A DNA stretch of 64,000 bases, taken from the NCBI GenBank assembly GCA_963836205.1, contig CAWIIV010000011.1, positions 32,001 through 96,000 on the forward strand, read 5' to 3'. This document shows, one piece after another, positions 28,235-37,883 of this stretch. Position numbers and translations under genes: made by a program. The first letter of the stretch is position 1. Each line of letters opens with the position of its first letter. The stretch comes from an uncultured Acidimicrobiia bacterium. GTDB taxonomy: Bacteria; Actinomycetota; Acidimicrobiia; Acidimicrobiales; AC-14. The notes under the pieces were generated by a model. The model was not told where the DNA came from, searched no databases, and saw nothing but the letters and a program-made list of their open reading frames with translations.

Positions 28235-29502
28235 TGGCTCGCCGCAGCACGCTCGCCCTGGTCGCCGTCGTCACCCTGGCCGCGTCCGCCTGCGGGGTCG
28301 TCGGCGACGGCCGTGACACGGTCACCATCGGCGCCCTCTACCCGATATCCGGGCGCCAGGGCCCGGGCGGCATCGACGAGGAGCGGGGCGCTCGCCTGGC
28401 GGTGGAGCTGGCCAACCGGGACGAGACCCTCGCCGGCCGGCGGATCAAGCTCCAGCTGGCCGACGTCGACTCCGGCTCGGCCGCGCCCGCGGCCATGCGC
28501 CGGCTCAAGGCCGACGGCGTCGACATCGTCCTCGGCACCTACGGCAGCACCATCTCCGCCCCCGCGGCCGCCACCGCCGCCCACGAGGGCATGCTCCTGT
28601 GGGAGACGGGAGCGGTGGGCGAGCTCACCACCGACGACGGGGCCGCGCCCGGCCAGTCGTTCTTCCGGGTCGCCCCCCAGGGTGGGCACCTGGGCCAGGC
28701 CGCAGTCGAGTTCGTTCGGGACCAGCTCTCCCCCCTTCTCGGGGCGTCGGACCTGCGGTACGCGGTGGCCTACGTCGACGACGCCTACGGCCGGGCCGTC
28801 GGGCTGGGTGCGGTCCACGAGGTGGAGCGGGGCGGGGGGGTGATGGCGGGGTCGTTCCCCTACGACGCCAACCGCGTCGACAGCGGCGGTGCCGCCGACC
28901 TGGTCGCCCAGATCGCCGCCGTGCGCCCAGACGTGCTGTTCGTGTCCGCCTACCTCGACGACGGGGTGGCCCTGCGCAAGGCCACCATCGCCGCCCACCT
29001 GCCGCTCAAGGCCAGCATCGGCACCAGCTCCAGCTACTGCATGCCCGCCTTCGCGGTGGCGCTCGGCACCGGCGCGGTGGGCCTGTTCGCGTCCGACAAG
29101 CCCGACGGGGCCCAGGTGAAGGCAGAGGCCCTCACCGACGAGGGCGGGCGCACCCTGCGGTGGGCCCGCTCCCGGTTCCGCGATCGCTACCACGAGGAGA
29201 TGAGCGCGGCCGCCCTGTCCGGCTTCGCCAACGCCTGGGCCCTGGTGGGCCACGTCCTGCCCGCCTCCCCCTCGCTGACGGCCGCCGACGTGGCCGCCAC
29301 CGCCCTCCGCCTCAAACTGCCGGCCGGCACGCTCGCCAACGGCGCCGGCCTCGACCTGGCCGCACCGGGCGAGCCCGACGCAGGCGAGAACCGGGCCGCG
29401 GTGAGCGTCATCTGGCAGTGGGTCGACGCCCGCACCCAGGCCGTGGTGTGGCCCCCGGCCTTCGCCACCCGGCCCCTCGTCGCCATCCCCATCGAGATCT
29501 GA
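28234..29502 (+). CDS. LivJ-type (PBP1) substrate-binding lipoprotein
   Basis: ASAC lipobox, TIGALYPISG, VLGTYGS, YVDDAYG, VVWP. Confidence 0.85.
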   Translation: MARRSTLALVAVVTLAASACGVVGDGRDTVTIGALYPISGRQGPGGIDEERGARLAVELANRDETLAGRRIKLQLADVDSGSAAPAAMRRLKADGVDIVLGTYGSTISAPAAATAAHEGMLLWETGAVGELTTDDGAAPGQSFFRVAPQGGHLGQAAVEFVRDQLSPLLGASDLRYAVAYVDDAYGRAVGLGAVHEVERGGGVMAGSFPYDANRVDSGGAADLVAQIAAVRPDVLFVSAYLDDGVALRKATIAAHLPLKASIGTSSSYCMPAFAVALGTGAVGLFASDKPDGAQVKAEALTDEGGRTLRWARSRFRDRYHEEMSAAALSGFANAWALVGHVLPASPSLTAADVAATALRLKLPAGTLANGAGLDLAAPGEPDAGENRAAVSVIWQWVDARTQAVVWPPAFATRPLVAIPIEI

Positions 29503-30305
29503 TGGTCCGCCGGCGCCCGCTGGGGATCGGTCTGGGACTGGCCGCCGCCTACCTCCTGGCTGCGGTGGCGACCATGGTCCTGTCCGACCGTCCCTTCCGG
29601 CCCCTCTTCGACGGGTTGGCGCCGCCCCTGCCCTACCACTGGGTCAACCCACCCCCGGCCAACGCCCGCGACAACGTGGCGCCGTCGGCCGCCCGGCGGG
29701 AGGTCCTCCTCTCCGCCGACGGGAGCCCGTTCGTCAACCTGACCCCCGAGGACGGCCAGGCCATCCTCCTCCTGGAGGAGAAGGCGATCGCACCCAACCC
29801 GCCGGACACCGCGGTCGACCTCGCCGTCACCCCCCGCGACGTGCTCACCCTCGGTCCCCTGCCGGAGAACCGGTCCCCCGAGAGCAACGCCTACCAGGTG
29901 GAGGCCACCTACCGGCCCTCCGGTCAACCGGTCACCGACTTCGACCTGGACACCTCGTCGATCGCCGTCGTGGCGGCGGGTCCGTCCGACTTCCTCCTGT
30001 ACTCCCGGGACGGGCAGTCGTGGGATGAGCGGTCGACCACGCCGTACAGCGCCCACGGCCTGGAGACCGCCTTCGCCGGGCACGGCTACTACGTGGTCAC
30101 GTCGATCTCGGGCGACGCCGGCGGAGGGTCGTCACCTCTGGTGGTGGGGCTGGTGCTGCTGGCGCCGCCCCTCATCGTGGGCGGACTCGTGCTCCGCAGC
30201 CGGCGGGCCAAGACGGCGGCGGCCGCCAAGGCGGCGGCGAAGGCGGCTAAGCGGCGAGGACCGCCGCCGAAAGGCGGTCAGAAGTCGAACCGTCCTCGGC
30301 GATGA
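29502..30305 (+). CDS. Membrane-anchored exported protein
   Basis: N-terminal TM, RPLFDG..PLPYHWVNPP, C-terminal TM and basic tail. Confidence 0.75.
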   Translation: MVRRRPLGIGLGLAAAYLLAAVATMVLSDRPFRPLFDGLAPPLPYHWVNPPPANARDNVAPSAARREVLLSADGSPFVNLTPEDGQAILLLEEKAIAPNPPDTAVDLAVTPRDVLTLGPLPENRSPESNAYQVEATYRPSGQPVTDFDLDTSSIAVVAAGPSDFLLYSRDGQSWDERSTTPYSAHGLETAFAGHGYYVVTSISGDAGGGSSPLVVGLVLLAPPLIVGGLVLRSRRAKTAAAAKAAAKAAKRRGPPPKGGQKSNRPRR

Positions 30306-31623
30306 CGAGGTCGATCCGGTCGGCGCCGCGGATGATGCGGCCGCTGCCGCCCGGTCCCGAGAAGCGACCGTCGGCCTCGGGGAGACGGTTGGTCCCGCTC
30401 CAACGGCGGGCCCACCGGCCGAGCGAGTCGGCCAGCTCGTCGAGATCGCGGGGTGTGTCCCCGAGCCACCGGTCGACCATCCCGGCCGCGGTTCCGCAGC
30501 GCACCACCCCGTAGGCGTCGCCGTTCCACCCGCCGGCGGCGGTCTCGGCCTCGTCGGTCGACAGGTGGAGGTCGAGCACCTCGATCATGTCGAACTCGCC
30601 GATGGTGGCGGTGTCGACCGCGGTGCAGCCGGTGGCGGCGGCCAGGTCGGGGAGGGCGGGCCGGGTCCACTGCCGCCCGGGGACGTACCGGTCGGGGTGG
30701 ATGATCTCCTCGGTCGACGTCGGCGGCTGGCGGTAGGCGTTGTCGACGGCCGCGAACCCGCCGTCGTCGTGGAGAGCGGACACGAAGTCGAGGCCGGCCT
30801 GGTAGGGGAAGTACAGGGAGTCGAGGATGTACTCGGGCATGTCGAGGTAGGCCGACGGGTCGCCGGTGCTGCCCAGCTCGGCCTCGATCTGCTGGCGGCC
30901 GGTGAGGTGCTCGTCGGCCCAGAGAAGGCGCACCAGCTCGGCGTCGCCCTCGACCAGGGCCGACAGGGCGTAGATCTCCTCGCCCAGGTCCTGGTCGGAC
31001 AGGGCCCGGTTGCGGGTGCCGAAGTCGAAATGCTGGTCGGTGAGGGCGTGGATCAGCTCGTGCACCATCGTCGACTGGGTGGCCACGTCGAGGTCGTCGT
31101 CGGGGTCGCCGGCCACGAACAGCTCCTTGGCCTCGTCGTCGTAGAAGCCGAGGACGCCACCCTCCAGCAGCTCGTCGATGGTGGACGTGTAGTCGAGGTC
31201 GGCCGGGACGAGGTGGAGGAGCTTGAGGACGGTCTCCACCGCGGCCTCGTCGTCCGGGTCCTTGGCCCGTTCGACGGCGGTGAGGTCGCGCACCCGCCGG
31301 TCGAGCTCGTCGACGGGGATGATCCGGATGGGAAGGTCCCGTTGCCACTGGAGGCCCCGGATCTCGGCCACCTGCTCCTTGAGCTCGGCGACCGTCCGAG
31401 CCTGGTCGGCGGACAGGTTGGAGGCCGAGGTGGTGGGGGTGGTCGTCCCCGACGGGACGTCACCCGCGGTCGTGGGCGTGGGCGTGGGCGTGGCCCGGTC
31501 GTCGTCGTCCCCATCGGGGCGGACGGCGAGGGTGATCGACGCCGCCACCACGACGAGGACGAGGGCCAGGGCGATGGCGATGGCCGGCGAGGCGGGGGCG
31601 GGACGGGTGGTTCGGTCGGGCAC
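30247..31623 (-). CDS. Exported zincin-like metallopeptidase
   Basis: Signal anchor, GFYD, VHELIHALTDQHFD (HEXXH), ALVEGDA, FPYQAG. Confidence 0.8.
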   Translation of the reverse strand: MPDRTTRPAPASPAIAIALALVLVVVAASITLAVRPDGDDDDRATPTPTPTTAGDVPSGTTTPTTSASNLSADQARTVAELKEQVAEIRGLQWQRDLPIRIIPVDELDRRVRDLTAVERAKDPDDEAAVETVLKLLHLVPADLDYTSTIDELLEGGVLGFYDDEAKELFVAGDPDDDLDVATQSTMVHELIHALTDQHFDFGTRNRALSDQDLGEEIYALSALVEGDAELVRLLWADEHLTGRQQIEAELGSTGDPSAYLDMPEYILDSLYFPYQAGLDFVSALHDDGGFAAVDNAYRQPPTSTEEIIHPDRYVPGRQWTRPALPDLAAATGCTAVDTATIGEFDMIEVLDLHLSTDEAETAAGGWNGDAYGVVRCGTAAGMVDRWLGDTPRDLDELADSLGRWARRWSGTNRLPEADGRFSGPGGSGRIIRGADRIDLVIAEDGSTSDRLSAAVLAA

Positions 31624-31715
31624 AGTGCCTCCAGGAGCGGCTGTCGGAACGGTAACGCCGCCGACCGGTGGTTCGGTTCGCGGCCGGGCCGGGACGGGAC
31701 GGGCAGACTGGCCTC

Positions 31716-32225
31716 GTGGGTCGGGTCCGGAGGGCGATCAAGCCGTTGCTCCTGGCCGGTGTGGTGGGGTTCGGCCTGCTGCAACTGGTCCCCTACGGGT
31801 GGCGCCACGCCAACCCGCCGGTGACGGCGGCGGCGGTGTGGCCGTCGGCCGAGTCCGAGCGCCTGGCTCGCGCCGCCTGCTACGACTGCCACAGCAACGA
31901 GACCGAGTGGCCGCCCTACTCCTACGTGGCCCCGATGTCGTGGCTGGTGCGCTACGACGTCGACCGGGGACGGGACGAGCTGAACTTCTCCACCGATGGC
32001 GCCGACGACGCCGACGACGCGGCGGAGGCGATCGAGGACCGGTCGATGCCCCCCGACCGCTACGTCCGCCTCCACCCCGGCGCCCGCCTGTCGGCCGAGG
32101 AGCGGCGGGCGCTGGTCGCGGCCCTGCAGGCGATGGACGGGGCCGACGGCGGCGGCGGCGGGGGGAACAGCGGCCCCGGCGGGGGGAACAGCGGCCCCGG
32201 CGGGGGGAACCGCGGCCCCGGTTAG
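31716..32225 (+). CDS. Haem-binding (Haem_bd) monoheme cytochrome c-like protein
   Basis: ACYDCHSNET, YSYVAP.SW, MPP, Gly-rich tail. Confidence 0.85.
   Translation: MGRVRRAIKPLLLAGVVGFGLLQLVPYGWRHANPPVTAAAVWPSAESERLARAACYDCHSNETEWPPYSYVAPMSWLVRYDVDRGRDELNFSTDGADDADDAAEAIEDRSMPPDRYVRLHPGARLSAEERRALVAALQAMDGADGGGGGGNSGPGGGNSGPGGGNRGPG
32157..32219 (+). repeat. 3 x 21-bp coding repeat (GGGNSGP)
   Basis: ggcggggggaacagcggcccc x3 (the third copy has one mismatch). Confidence 0.85.
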
Positions 32226-32599
32226 AAGGTCACGATGGTGATGGTCCCGCCGACGAACAGCAGTCCGCTCAGGCCGAACAGCACGCCCAGCACCAGCCGG
32301 CGCAGGCCCGGGCGGCGGACGTAGTCGCCGACGATCCAGCGCAGGCCGTTGAGGCCGTGGGCCAGGGCCAGGGCCAGCAGCAGCCAGTCGAAGATCCGCC
32401 ACAGCGGGTTCCCCCACCGGTCGGCCACGAAGTCGTAGTCGGTGTCGACGACGTCGTTGACGATATGGGTCACCGAGAAGTGAACGAGGGCGAGGAACAC
32501 CAGGGCCAGTCCCGACAGGCGCATGAAGATCCACGACCACGTCTCGAGGTTGCGCTCCCGGCGGGGCGGCGCCGGCGACGGCTGCTCAGTGACGGTCAC
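32222..32599 (-). CDS. sdhD: Succinate dehydrogenase hydrophobic anchor subunit
   Basis: WIFMRLSG..L..L...H, HGLNGLR.IV.DY. Confidence 0.9.
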   Translation of the reverse strand: MTVTEQPSPAPPRRERNLETWSWIFMRLSGLALVFLALVHFSVTHIVNDVVDTDYDFVADRWGNPLWRIFDWLLLALALAHGLNGLRWIVGDYVRRPGLRRLVLGVLFGLSGLLFVGGTITIVTF

Positions 32600-32985
32600 C
32601 CGAACCGCCCCTCGAGAAACGGCTTCATGATGATGAAGGCGCCCGGCAACCCGGCTGCGAGGGTGAGCACGACCACCGCGGTCAGCAGGCGGCGCTCGTT
32701 GGCCACCTGTCCCGGGAAGAAGTCGACGACCACGATGCGCAGACCGTTGAGGGTGTGGAACAGCAGGGCGAAGAGCAGTCCCACCTCGAACGAGCGGAGC
32801 AGGACGTTGCCGTAGAGGCGGTGGATCTCGTCGTACACGCCCGGCCAGCGGATGGTGGCCACGTCGACGATGTGCAGGAGCAGGAAGAAGAACACGAGGA
32901 ACCCGCTCACCCGGTGGCCGACGAACGCCCACTGGCCGCCCTTGCCCTTGTAGACGGTGGCCCCCGACTTCACCTTGCCGCTCAC
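32596..32985 (-). CDS. sdhC: Succinate dehydrogenase cytochrome b556 subunit
   Basis: YKGKGGQWAFVGHRVSG, LHIVD, FHTLNGLRIVVVDF. The GTG is overlapped by the upstream stop. Confidence 0.9.
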   Translation of the reverse strand: MSGKVKSGATVYKGKGGQWAFVGHRVSGFLVFFFLLLHIVDVATIRWPGVYDEIHRLYGNVLLRSFEVGLLFALLFHTLNGLRIVVVDFFPGQVANERRLLTAVVVLTLAAGLPGAFIIMKPFLEGRFG

Positions 32986-33113
32986 CGGCGCGAGCGCCGC
33001 CGGTACCAACGATCGCTCCACCGGGTGGACGAGACAACGTACAGGCCGAAGCCGGTGATGAGGAGCGTGAGCGTGCCCAACGCGATCGAGAAGGCCAGCT
33101 GCGCCGGGGTCAC
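32982..33113 (-). CDS. Unannotated 43-aa single-TM protein coupled to sdhC
   Basis: MTPAQLAFSIALGTLTLLITGFGLYVVSSTRWSDRWYRRRSRR*. TAGGTT -10 lies 7 nt upstream; GTGA overlap with sdhC. Confidence 0.7.
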   Translation of the reverse strand: MTPAQLAFSIALGTLTLLITGFGLYVVSSTRWSDRWYRRRSRR

Positions 33114-33123
33114 CCGGTCGAAC

Positions 33124-33954
33124 CTAGTGGCCCGGCACTCCTGTGCGGACGTGGCCGCGGCCGAACAGCACCGACGTGATCCCGAAGGTGGCCGCCGCCA
33201 CCAGCACGATGGTGCCCCCCGGGGCCAGTCCCCAGATGCGGGCCGCGCCCAGCCCGATCACCACTGAGACCACACCGACCACCGCCGACAGCCACAGCGT
33301 CGCACGGAACGACCGGGCGATGGTCTGGGCGGTGGCGACCGGAAGAACCATCAGGGCCGCCACCAGGAGGATGCCGACCACCCGCATGGCGGCCACGACC
33401 GTCACCGCGGCCAAGGCCGCCAGCAGGCTGTTGAGCCCGTCCACCGGCAACCCGCCCACCCGGGACGACTCCTCGTCGAGCACCACCGCGAACAGGGCCC
33501 GCCCGCAGACGACCACCGCGGTCACGATCACCACGCCGAGGATGCCGACGACGAGCACGTCCTGGCGGGTCACGGTGAGGATGCCGCCGAACAGGTAGGT
33601 GAGGATCCCGGCGTTGAACGAGTCGGACAGGCCCACGAGGACCACTCCCGCGGCGATGCCCGAGTAGAGGAACAGGGCCAGGGCCAGGTCGGCCGAGGCC
33701 TTTCCCCGGGAGCGCAGGCGCTCGAGGCTGAGGGCGCCGGTGACGGCCACCACCAGGGCCGCCCACACCGGCCACACGCCCAGGAGGAGCCCGGCCGCCA
33801 CCCCGGCGAAGGCCAGGTGGCCGATCCCGTCGCCGAGCAGCGACAGCCGCCGCTGCACGAGGAACGTCCCGATCAGGGGCGCGCACGCTCCCACCACCAC
33901 GCCCGCCAGCAGGGCCAGCTGCATGTACTCCCGGTCGAAGGGGAACGGGAGCAT
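33124..33954 (-). CDS. znuB: Zn/Mn ABC transporter permease
   Basis: LGDGIGHLAFAGVA, YLFGGIL, VVGILLVAALMVLP. Confidence 0.92.
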   Translation of the reverse strand: MLPFPFDREYMQLALLAGVVVGACAPLIGTFLVQRRLSLLGDGIGHLAFAGVAAGLLLGVWPVWAALVVAVTGALSLERLRSRGKASADLALALFLYSGIAAGVVLVGLSDSFNAGILTYLFGGILTVTRQDVLVVGILGVVIVTAVVVCGRALFAVVLDEESSRVGGLPVDGLNSLLAALAAVTVVAAMRVVGILLVAALMVLPVATAQTIARSFRATLWLSAVVGVVSVVIGLGAARIWGLAPGGTIVLVAAATFGITSVLFGRGHVRTGVPGH

Positions 33955-34697
33955 CAGCCCAGGCCCTCCAGCCACAGGGGGAGGTCGGCCTGCTCGACCC
34001 CCAGGCGGACACCTGTGCCGGCCAGCTCCGACGGCGGGCCGTCGAAGATGATCCGCTGCTTGAGGACGAGCACCCGGTCGAGGACGTGGGCCACCGAGCC
34101 CAGCTCGTGGGAAACGAGGAGGACCCCGGCACCGTGCTCGTCGACCAGGTGGGTGAGGGAGTCGGCGAAGCGCTTCTGCGACTCGGCGTCGACGCCCGCC
34201 ACCGGCTCGTCGAGGACGAGCAGCTCGGGCTCGCTGGCCAGGGCCTTGGCGATGAACGAGCGCTGCTGCTGGCCGCCGGACAGCTCGCTCACCGGTCGGT
34301 CACGGAGGTCGAGGAGGGCGACCGCCTCCAAGGCGTGGTCGATGGCGATGCGGTCGGTGGGTCCCATCCGGCCCCGCCAGCCGCTGCGGGCCAGGCGGCC
34401 GGCGGCCACCACCTCCTGCACCGAGGCCGGCACCTCCCGGGCCAGGGCCGGGCGCTGGGGGACGTAACCCAGCCGCCACCGGTCGTGGAGGTCGCGGGGG
34501 TCCTCGCCGAAGACCCGCACCGTCCCCGAGGCGGGCCGCAAGAGGCCGAGGAGCACCCGCAGGAGGGTCGACTTGCCCGAGCCGTTGGGTCCGACCAGGG
34601 CGACGAACTCGCCCGCATCGAGGGAGAACGTGACGCCGTCGAGGACGACGTCGTTCCCGTAGGAGAACGACACGCCCTCGGCGCTCAGGATGGTCAT
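33954..34697 (-). CDS. znuC: Zn/Mn ABC transporter ATPase
   Basis: GPNGSGKS, GYVPQ, LSGGQQQR, LDEP, SHE. Confidence 0.93.
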   Translation of the reverse strand: MTILSAEGVSFSYGNDVVLDGVTFSLDAGEFVALVGPNGSGKSTLLRVLLGLLRPASGTVRVFGEDPRDLHDRWRLGYVPQRPALAREVPASVQEVVAAGRLARSGWRGRMGPTDRIAIDHALEAVALLDLRDRPVSELSGGQQQRSFIAKALASEPELLVLDEPVAGVDAESQKRFADSLTHLVDEHGAGVLLVSHELGSVAHVLDRVLVLKQRIIFDGPPSELAGTGVRLGVEQADLPLWLEGLG

Positions 34698-34718
34698 GGC
34701 CGTGCTCGCCCTTCCCAG

Positions 34719-34739
34719 GAATGAGAACCATCCTCATTC
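34719..34739. promoter_or_regulatory. Zur/Fur-family box upstream of znuC
   Basis: GAATGAGAACCATCCTCATTC palindrome. Confidence 0.75.
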
Positions 34740-34777
34740 TACGCCGGCGTCGCCGCGCCGCGGCCGTCGATCGGGAC

Positions 34778-35410
34778 TCAGGGGCGGACGCCGGCGAGGA
34801 GCGCCATCTCCCGCCACTTCCAGTGGCAGTCGACGTCGTCGAAGCCGATCGCCCGCAACCACCGGAGCTGGTCCTCGACCGGCGCCAGCAGGTTGGACGG
34901 GTCGTCGTTGTCGGGATCGGCACCGACCGCGACGAGGAAGCGGTTGTGCAGGCGCTCCGTCGGTGAGGCCACGTGCTCCAGGTTGAGGAACGCCCCTCCC
35001 GGCCGCAGGAGCCCGAAGATCTCCTGGTAGAGGGCCTGCTTGCGTCCGTCGTCGACATGGTGGATGGCGAAGCTGGAGACCACCGCGTCGAAGGGCCCGC
35101 CGAGGTCGGGAAGGGCCTGGTCGAGGTCGTGGGCCAGGACGTCGACCCCGTCTACATCGTGGAAGCGGGCGGTGGCGGCCGCCAGCATGACCGGGGAGAA
35201 GTCCACCGCGATTCCGCCGGCGCCCGGGTGGGCGGCCCGTACGAGCGCCAGCAGCCGTCCGTCACCACAACCCAGGTCGAGCACCCGTTCGACCGTCGTG
35301 GGGAGCAGGTCGAGGAGCTCGGCCTCGCCTTCGTCCCGGTGGGGGATGGAGTCGGCCCGGGTGAGGTACCAGAGGGCGTGCTCGTCGGTGGGCCACAAGT
35401 TCTCCGCCAT
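34778..35410 (-). CDS. Class I SAM-dependent methyltransferase
   Basis: VLDLGCGDG, VDFSP, FDAVVSSFAIHH, LRPGG. Confidence 0.9.
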   Translation of the reverse strand: MAENLWPTDEHALWYLTRADSIPHRDEGEAELLDLLPTTVERVLDLGCGDGRLLALVRAAHPGAGGIAVDFSPVMLAAATARFHDVDGVDVLAHDLDQALPDLGGPFDAVVSSFAIHHVDDGRKQALYQEIFGLLRPGGAFLNLEHVASPTERLHNRFLVAVGADPDNDDPSNLLAPVEDQLRWLRAIGFDDVDCHWKWREMALLAGVRP

Positions 35411-35453
35411 GGGCGCCACGTTGTCACACCCTTCGGCCAGACTCGGGGGACAT

Positions 35454-35939
35454 ATGGCGACCTGGACCGACGTCGAAGCGGCCGCTCCCGAGCTGGCCGC
35501 CACCGCCCGGCAGCGCTTCGAGGCCCACGGCCTGGGGCTGCTGGCCACCCTCCGCCGCGACGGCTCACCCCGTATCAGCGGCATCGAACCGCTCTTCGCC
35601 CTGGGCGAGCTGTGGCTGGGGATGATGCCCGGCTCGCTCAAGGCGGCCGACGTGCAGCGCGACCCCCGGTTCGCCCTGCACAACGCCACCACCGACAAGA
35701 ACGTCACCGACGGCGACGCCAAGATCTGTGGGACGGTCGTGCTGGTCGACGACGAGGACGAGTTCGCCCGCTTCGTCGAGGCGTTCGCAGCCGCTTCCGG
35801 CTACCCGCCGCCGCCAGGGCCGTTCCCCCTGTTCAAGGCCGACGTCCGGGAGGTGTCGACGGTGAAGCCGGCGGGCGACCACCTCGATATCGAGTCGTGG
35901 CGGGAGGGCCGAGGCGTCAGGAAGGTCGAGCGGAGATAG
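35454..35939 (+). CDS. Pyridoxamine 5'-phosphate oxidase-like (PPOX/FDOR) protein
   Basis: LATLRRDGSPRISGIE, KAADVQRDPRFALH. Confidence 0.88.
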   Translation: MATWTDVEAAAPELAATARQRFEAHGLGLLATLRRDGSPRISGIEPLFALGELWLGMMPGSLKAADVQRDPRFALHNATTDKNVTDGDAKICGTVVLVDDEDEFARFVEAFAAASGYPPPPGPFPLFKADVREVSTVKPAGDHLDIESWREGRGVRKVERR

Positions 35940-37230
35940 CCGTCGCCCCGCCGAAAGAGGGCTGGAGGGCGGGCGGCAGGGCGATCGATCCGTCGGGTTG
36001 GCGGTGGGTCTCGACGACCGCGGCCCACACCCGGGGGACGGCGAGGGCGGAGCCGTTGAGGGTGTTGGCCACGACGGTGCCGGCGCCGTGGGCGCCGCCG
36101 CCGGTGCCGGGCGCCGGGCGGTAGCGGATGTTGGCCCGCCGGGCCTGGTAGTCGGAGAACCACGACACCGACGACGCCTCCAGCCACATGTCGCAACCGG
36201 GGGCGTAGACCTCGAGGTCGAAGGTGCGGGCCGACGACGCCCCCAGGTCGCCCGCGGCCAGGTCGAGCACCCGGTAGGCGAGGCCGAGGGCGGAGAGCGC
36301 GGCCTCGGCCCGGCGCAGGATGTCGGCGTGGACGTCGGCCGCCTGGGCCTCGGTGGCGTAGGCCAGGATCTCGACCTTGTCGAACTCGTGGACTCGGAGG
36401 AGGCCGCGGGTGTCCCGACCCGCCGACCCTGCCTCCCGCCGGAAGCAGGAGGTATGGGCCATGAGGCGGACCGGGAGGTCGGCCTCGTCGTACACGTGGT
36501 CGCGGCCGAGGGACGTGAGGGGGACCTCGGCGGTGGGGATGGCCCAGAGGTCGTCGCGCTCGAGGTGGTAGGCGTCGTCCTCGAACTTGGGCAGGTGGCC
36601 GGTGGACACCATGGTCTCGGTGCGGACGAGCGTGGGGGGTCTGATCTCCTCGTAGGCGTCGCGGTTGAGGTCGAGGGCGAGCTGGCAGAGTGCTCGTACC
36701 AGGCGGGCGCCCTCGCCCCGGTAGAGGGGGAACATCGAGCCGGACAGGCGGGCGCCGGCCTCGAGGTCGAGGATGCCCAGCTCGGTGCCGATGTCCCAAT
36801 GGGGGACGCGCTGGTGGGAGCCGTAGGCGTCCGCGACGAAGCCCTCGACCCGGACGACTTGGTTGTCGGCCTCGGTCAGCCCGTCGGGGGCGTCGGGCGA
36901 CGGGAGGTTGGGCGTGCGCAAGAGGACGTCCCGCAGCTCGGCCGCCACCGCCGCCGCCTCGGTGTCGACCGTCTTGCTCTCCTCGCCGACCGCCCTGCTC
37001 TCCGCCGCCCGCTCGTCGGCTGTGGCCACGTCGCCCGCCCGCCGGGCCTCGCCGACCTCCTTGGACAGGATCCTGACCCGCGCCCGCAGGTCGTCGGCCG
37101 TCGACTTGAGCATGCGCTCCCGCCGGTCGAGCTCGGCCAGCCGGTCGACCTCCTCGGCCGGGACGCCGCGCCGTCCGAGGGCGGCCTTGACCCCGTCGAG
37201 GTCGGTGCGCAGCCGGCGGGCGTCGATCAC
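35917..37230 (-). CDS. serS: Serine--tRNA ligase
   Basis: MIDARRLR, GHLPKF, IPTAEVP, FRREAGSAGRDTRGLLRVHEFDKVE, NGSALA. Confidence 0.97.
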   Translation of the reverse strand: MIDARRLRTDLDGVKAALGRRGVPAEEVDRLAELDRRERMLKSTADDLRARVRILSKEVGEARRAGDVATADERAAESRAVGEESKTVDTEAAAVAAELRDVLLRTPNLPSPDAPDGLTEADNQVVRVEGFVADAYGSHQRVPHWDIGTELGILDLEAGARLSGSMFPLYRGEGARLVRALCQLALDLNRDAYEEIRPPTLVRTETMVSTGHLPKFEDDAYHLERDDLWAIPTAEVPLTSLGRDHVYDEADLPVRLMAHTSCFRREAGSAGRDTRGLLRVHEFDKVEILAYATEAQAADVHADILRRAEAALSALGLAYRVLDLAAGDLGASSARTFDLEVYAPGCDMWLEASSVSWFSDYQARRANIRYRPAPGTGGGAHGAGTVVANTLNGSALAVPRVWAAVVETHRQPDGSIALPPALQPSFGGATAISARPS

Positions 37231-37278
37231 CCACGGGACCGTAGCGTCCGCAGGCCTGAGCCCCCGACGCCCCCGCCC

Positions 37279-37420
37279 AACCGGTGACGGCAGGTTCCGA
37301 CCCAGGCAACTGGTGACACTTTTCGGGGCCCTGGCAACCGAAAACGTCACCGGTTCGCAACGCCCGTCCAACCGGTGACACTTTTCGGGGCCCTGGCGAC
37401 CGAAAACGTCACCGGTTCGC
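37279..37420. repeat. Two full copies (37308, 37370) and one partial copy of palindromic element family A
   Basis: aacyggtgacacttttcggggccctggcraccgaaaacgtcaccggttcgc x2. Confidence 0.9.
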
Positions 37421-37445
37421 TACGCCCGGCGGGCCGGGTCGGCGG

Positions 37446-37874
37446 CTACGGCCAGGGCCAGAGGCCGGCGCCTTTGACGGCCGCGACGACGTCGGCGTCC
37501 TCGCCTTTCGCGATGCGGCGGGCGGCCGGGTGCTCGCCTTCGGCCAGCCACTCCGGCTCCGAGAGTCCCCGGGCCAGGGCGTTGGCCACGCCGCCGGCCA
37601 GCTGCCACGCCCGGGGCCGGAGCTTGGCCTCCTGGGCCTTGCGCACCGCCGCCTCCTCCATCCGCCGGGCCTTCGACGCCACGTCGACCTCGTCGAGGAT
37701 CCACGCCTCGACCACGTCACCCGTCCACACCGGGCCGATGGTGAGGACTGTGGGCGGCGGCAACCGGCCCTCGTCCATCCACTTGGTGACCTCGTCCGGC
37801 GTCTTGTCGATGCGCGCGGCCAGCTCCACGATCCCGTAGGCCGGCGGCGGCGCGGACGGCCCGTCTGTCGTCAT
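37446..37874 (-). CDS. AlpA/excisionase-like HTH protein
   Basis: GIVELAARI...VTKW...GRLPPP....GPVW....VEAW. Confidence 0.6.
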   Translation of the reverse strand: MTTDGPSAPPPAYGIVELAARIDKTPDEVTKWMDEGRLPPPTVLTIGPVWTGDVVEAWILDEVDVASKARRMEEAAVRKAQEAKLRPRAWQLAGGVANALARGLSEPEWLAEGEHPAARRIAKGEDADVVAAVKGAGLWPWP

Positions 37875-37883
37875 ACGTGCAGG

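Noticed and set aside
37446-37874. Excisionase marking a mobile element
   Set aside because: No adjacent integrase; native codon usage among housekeeping genes.
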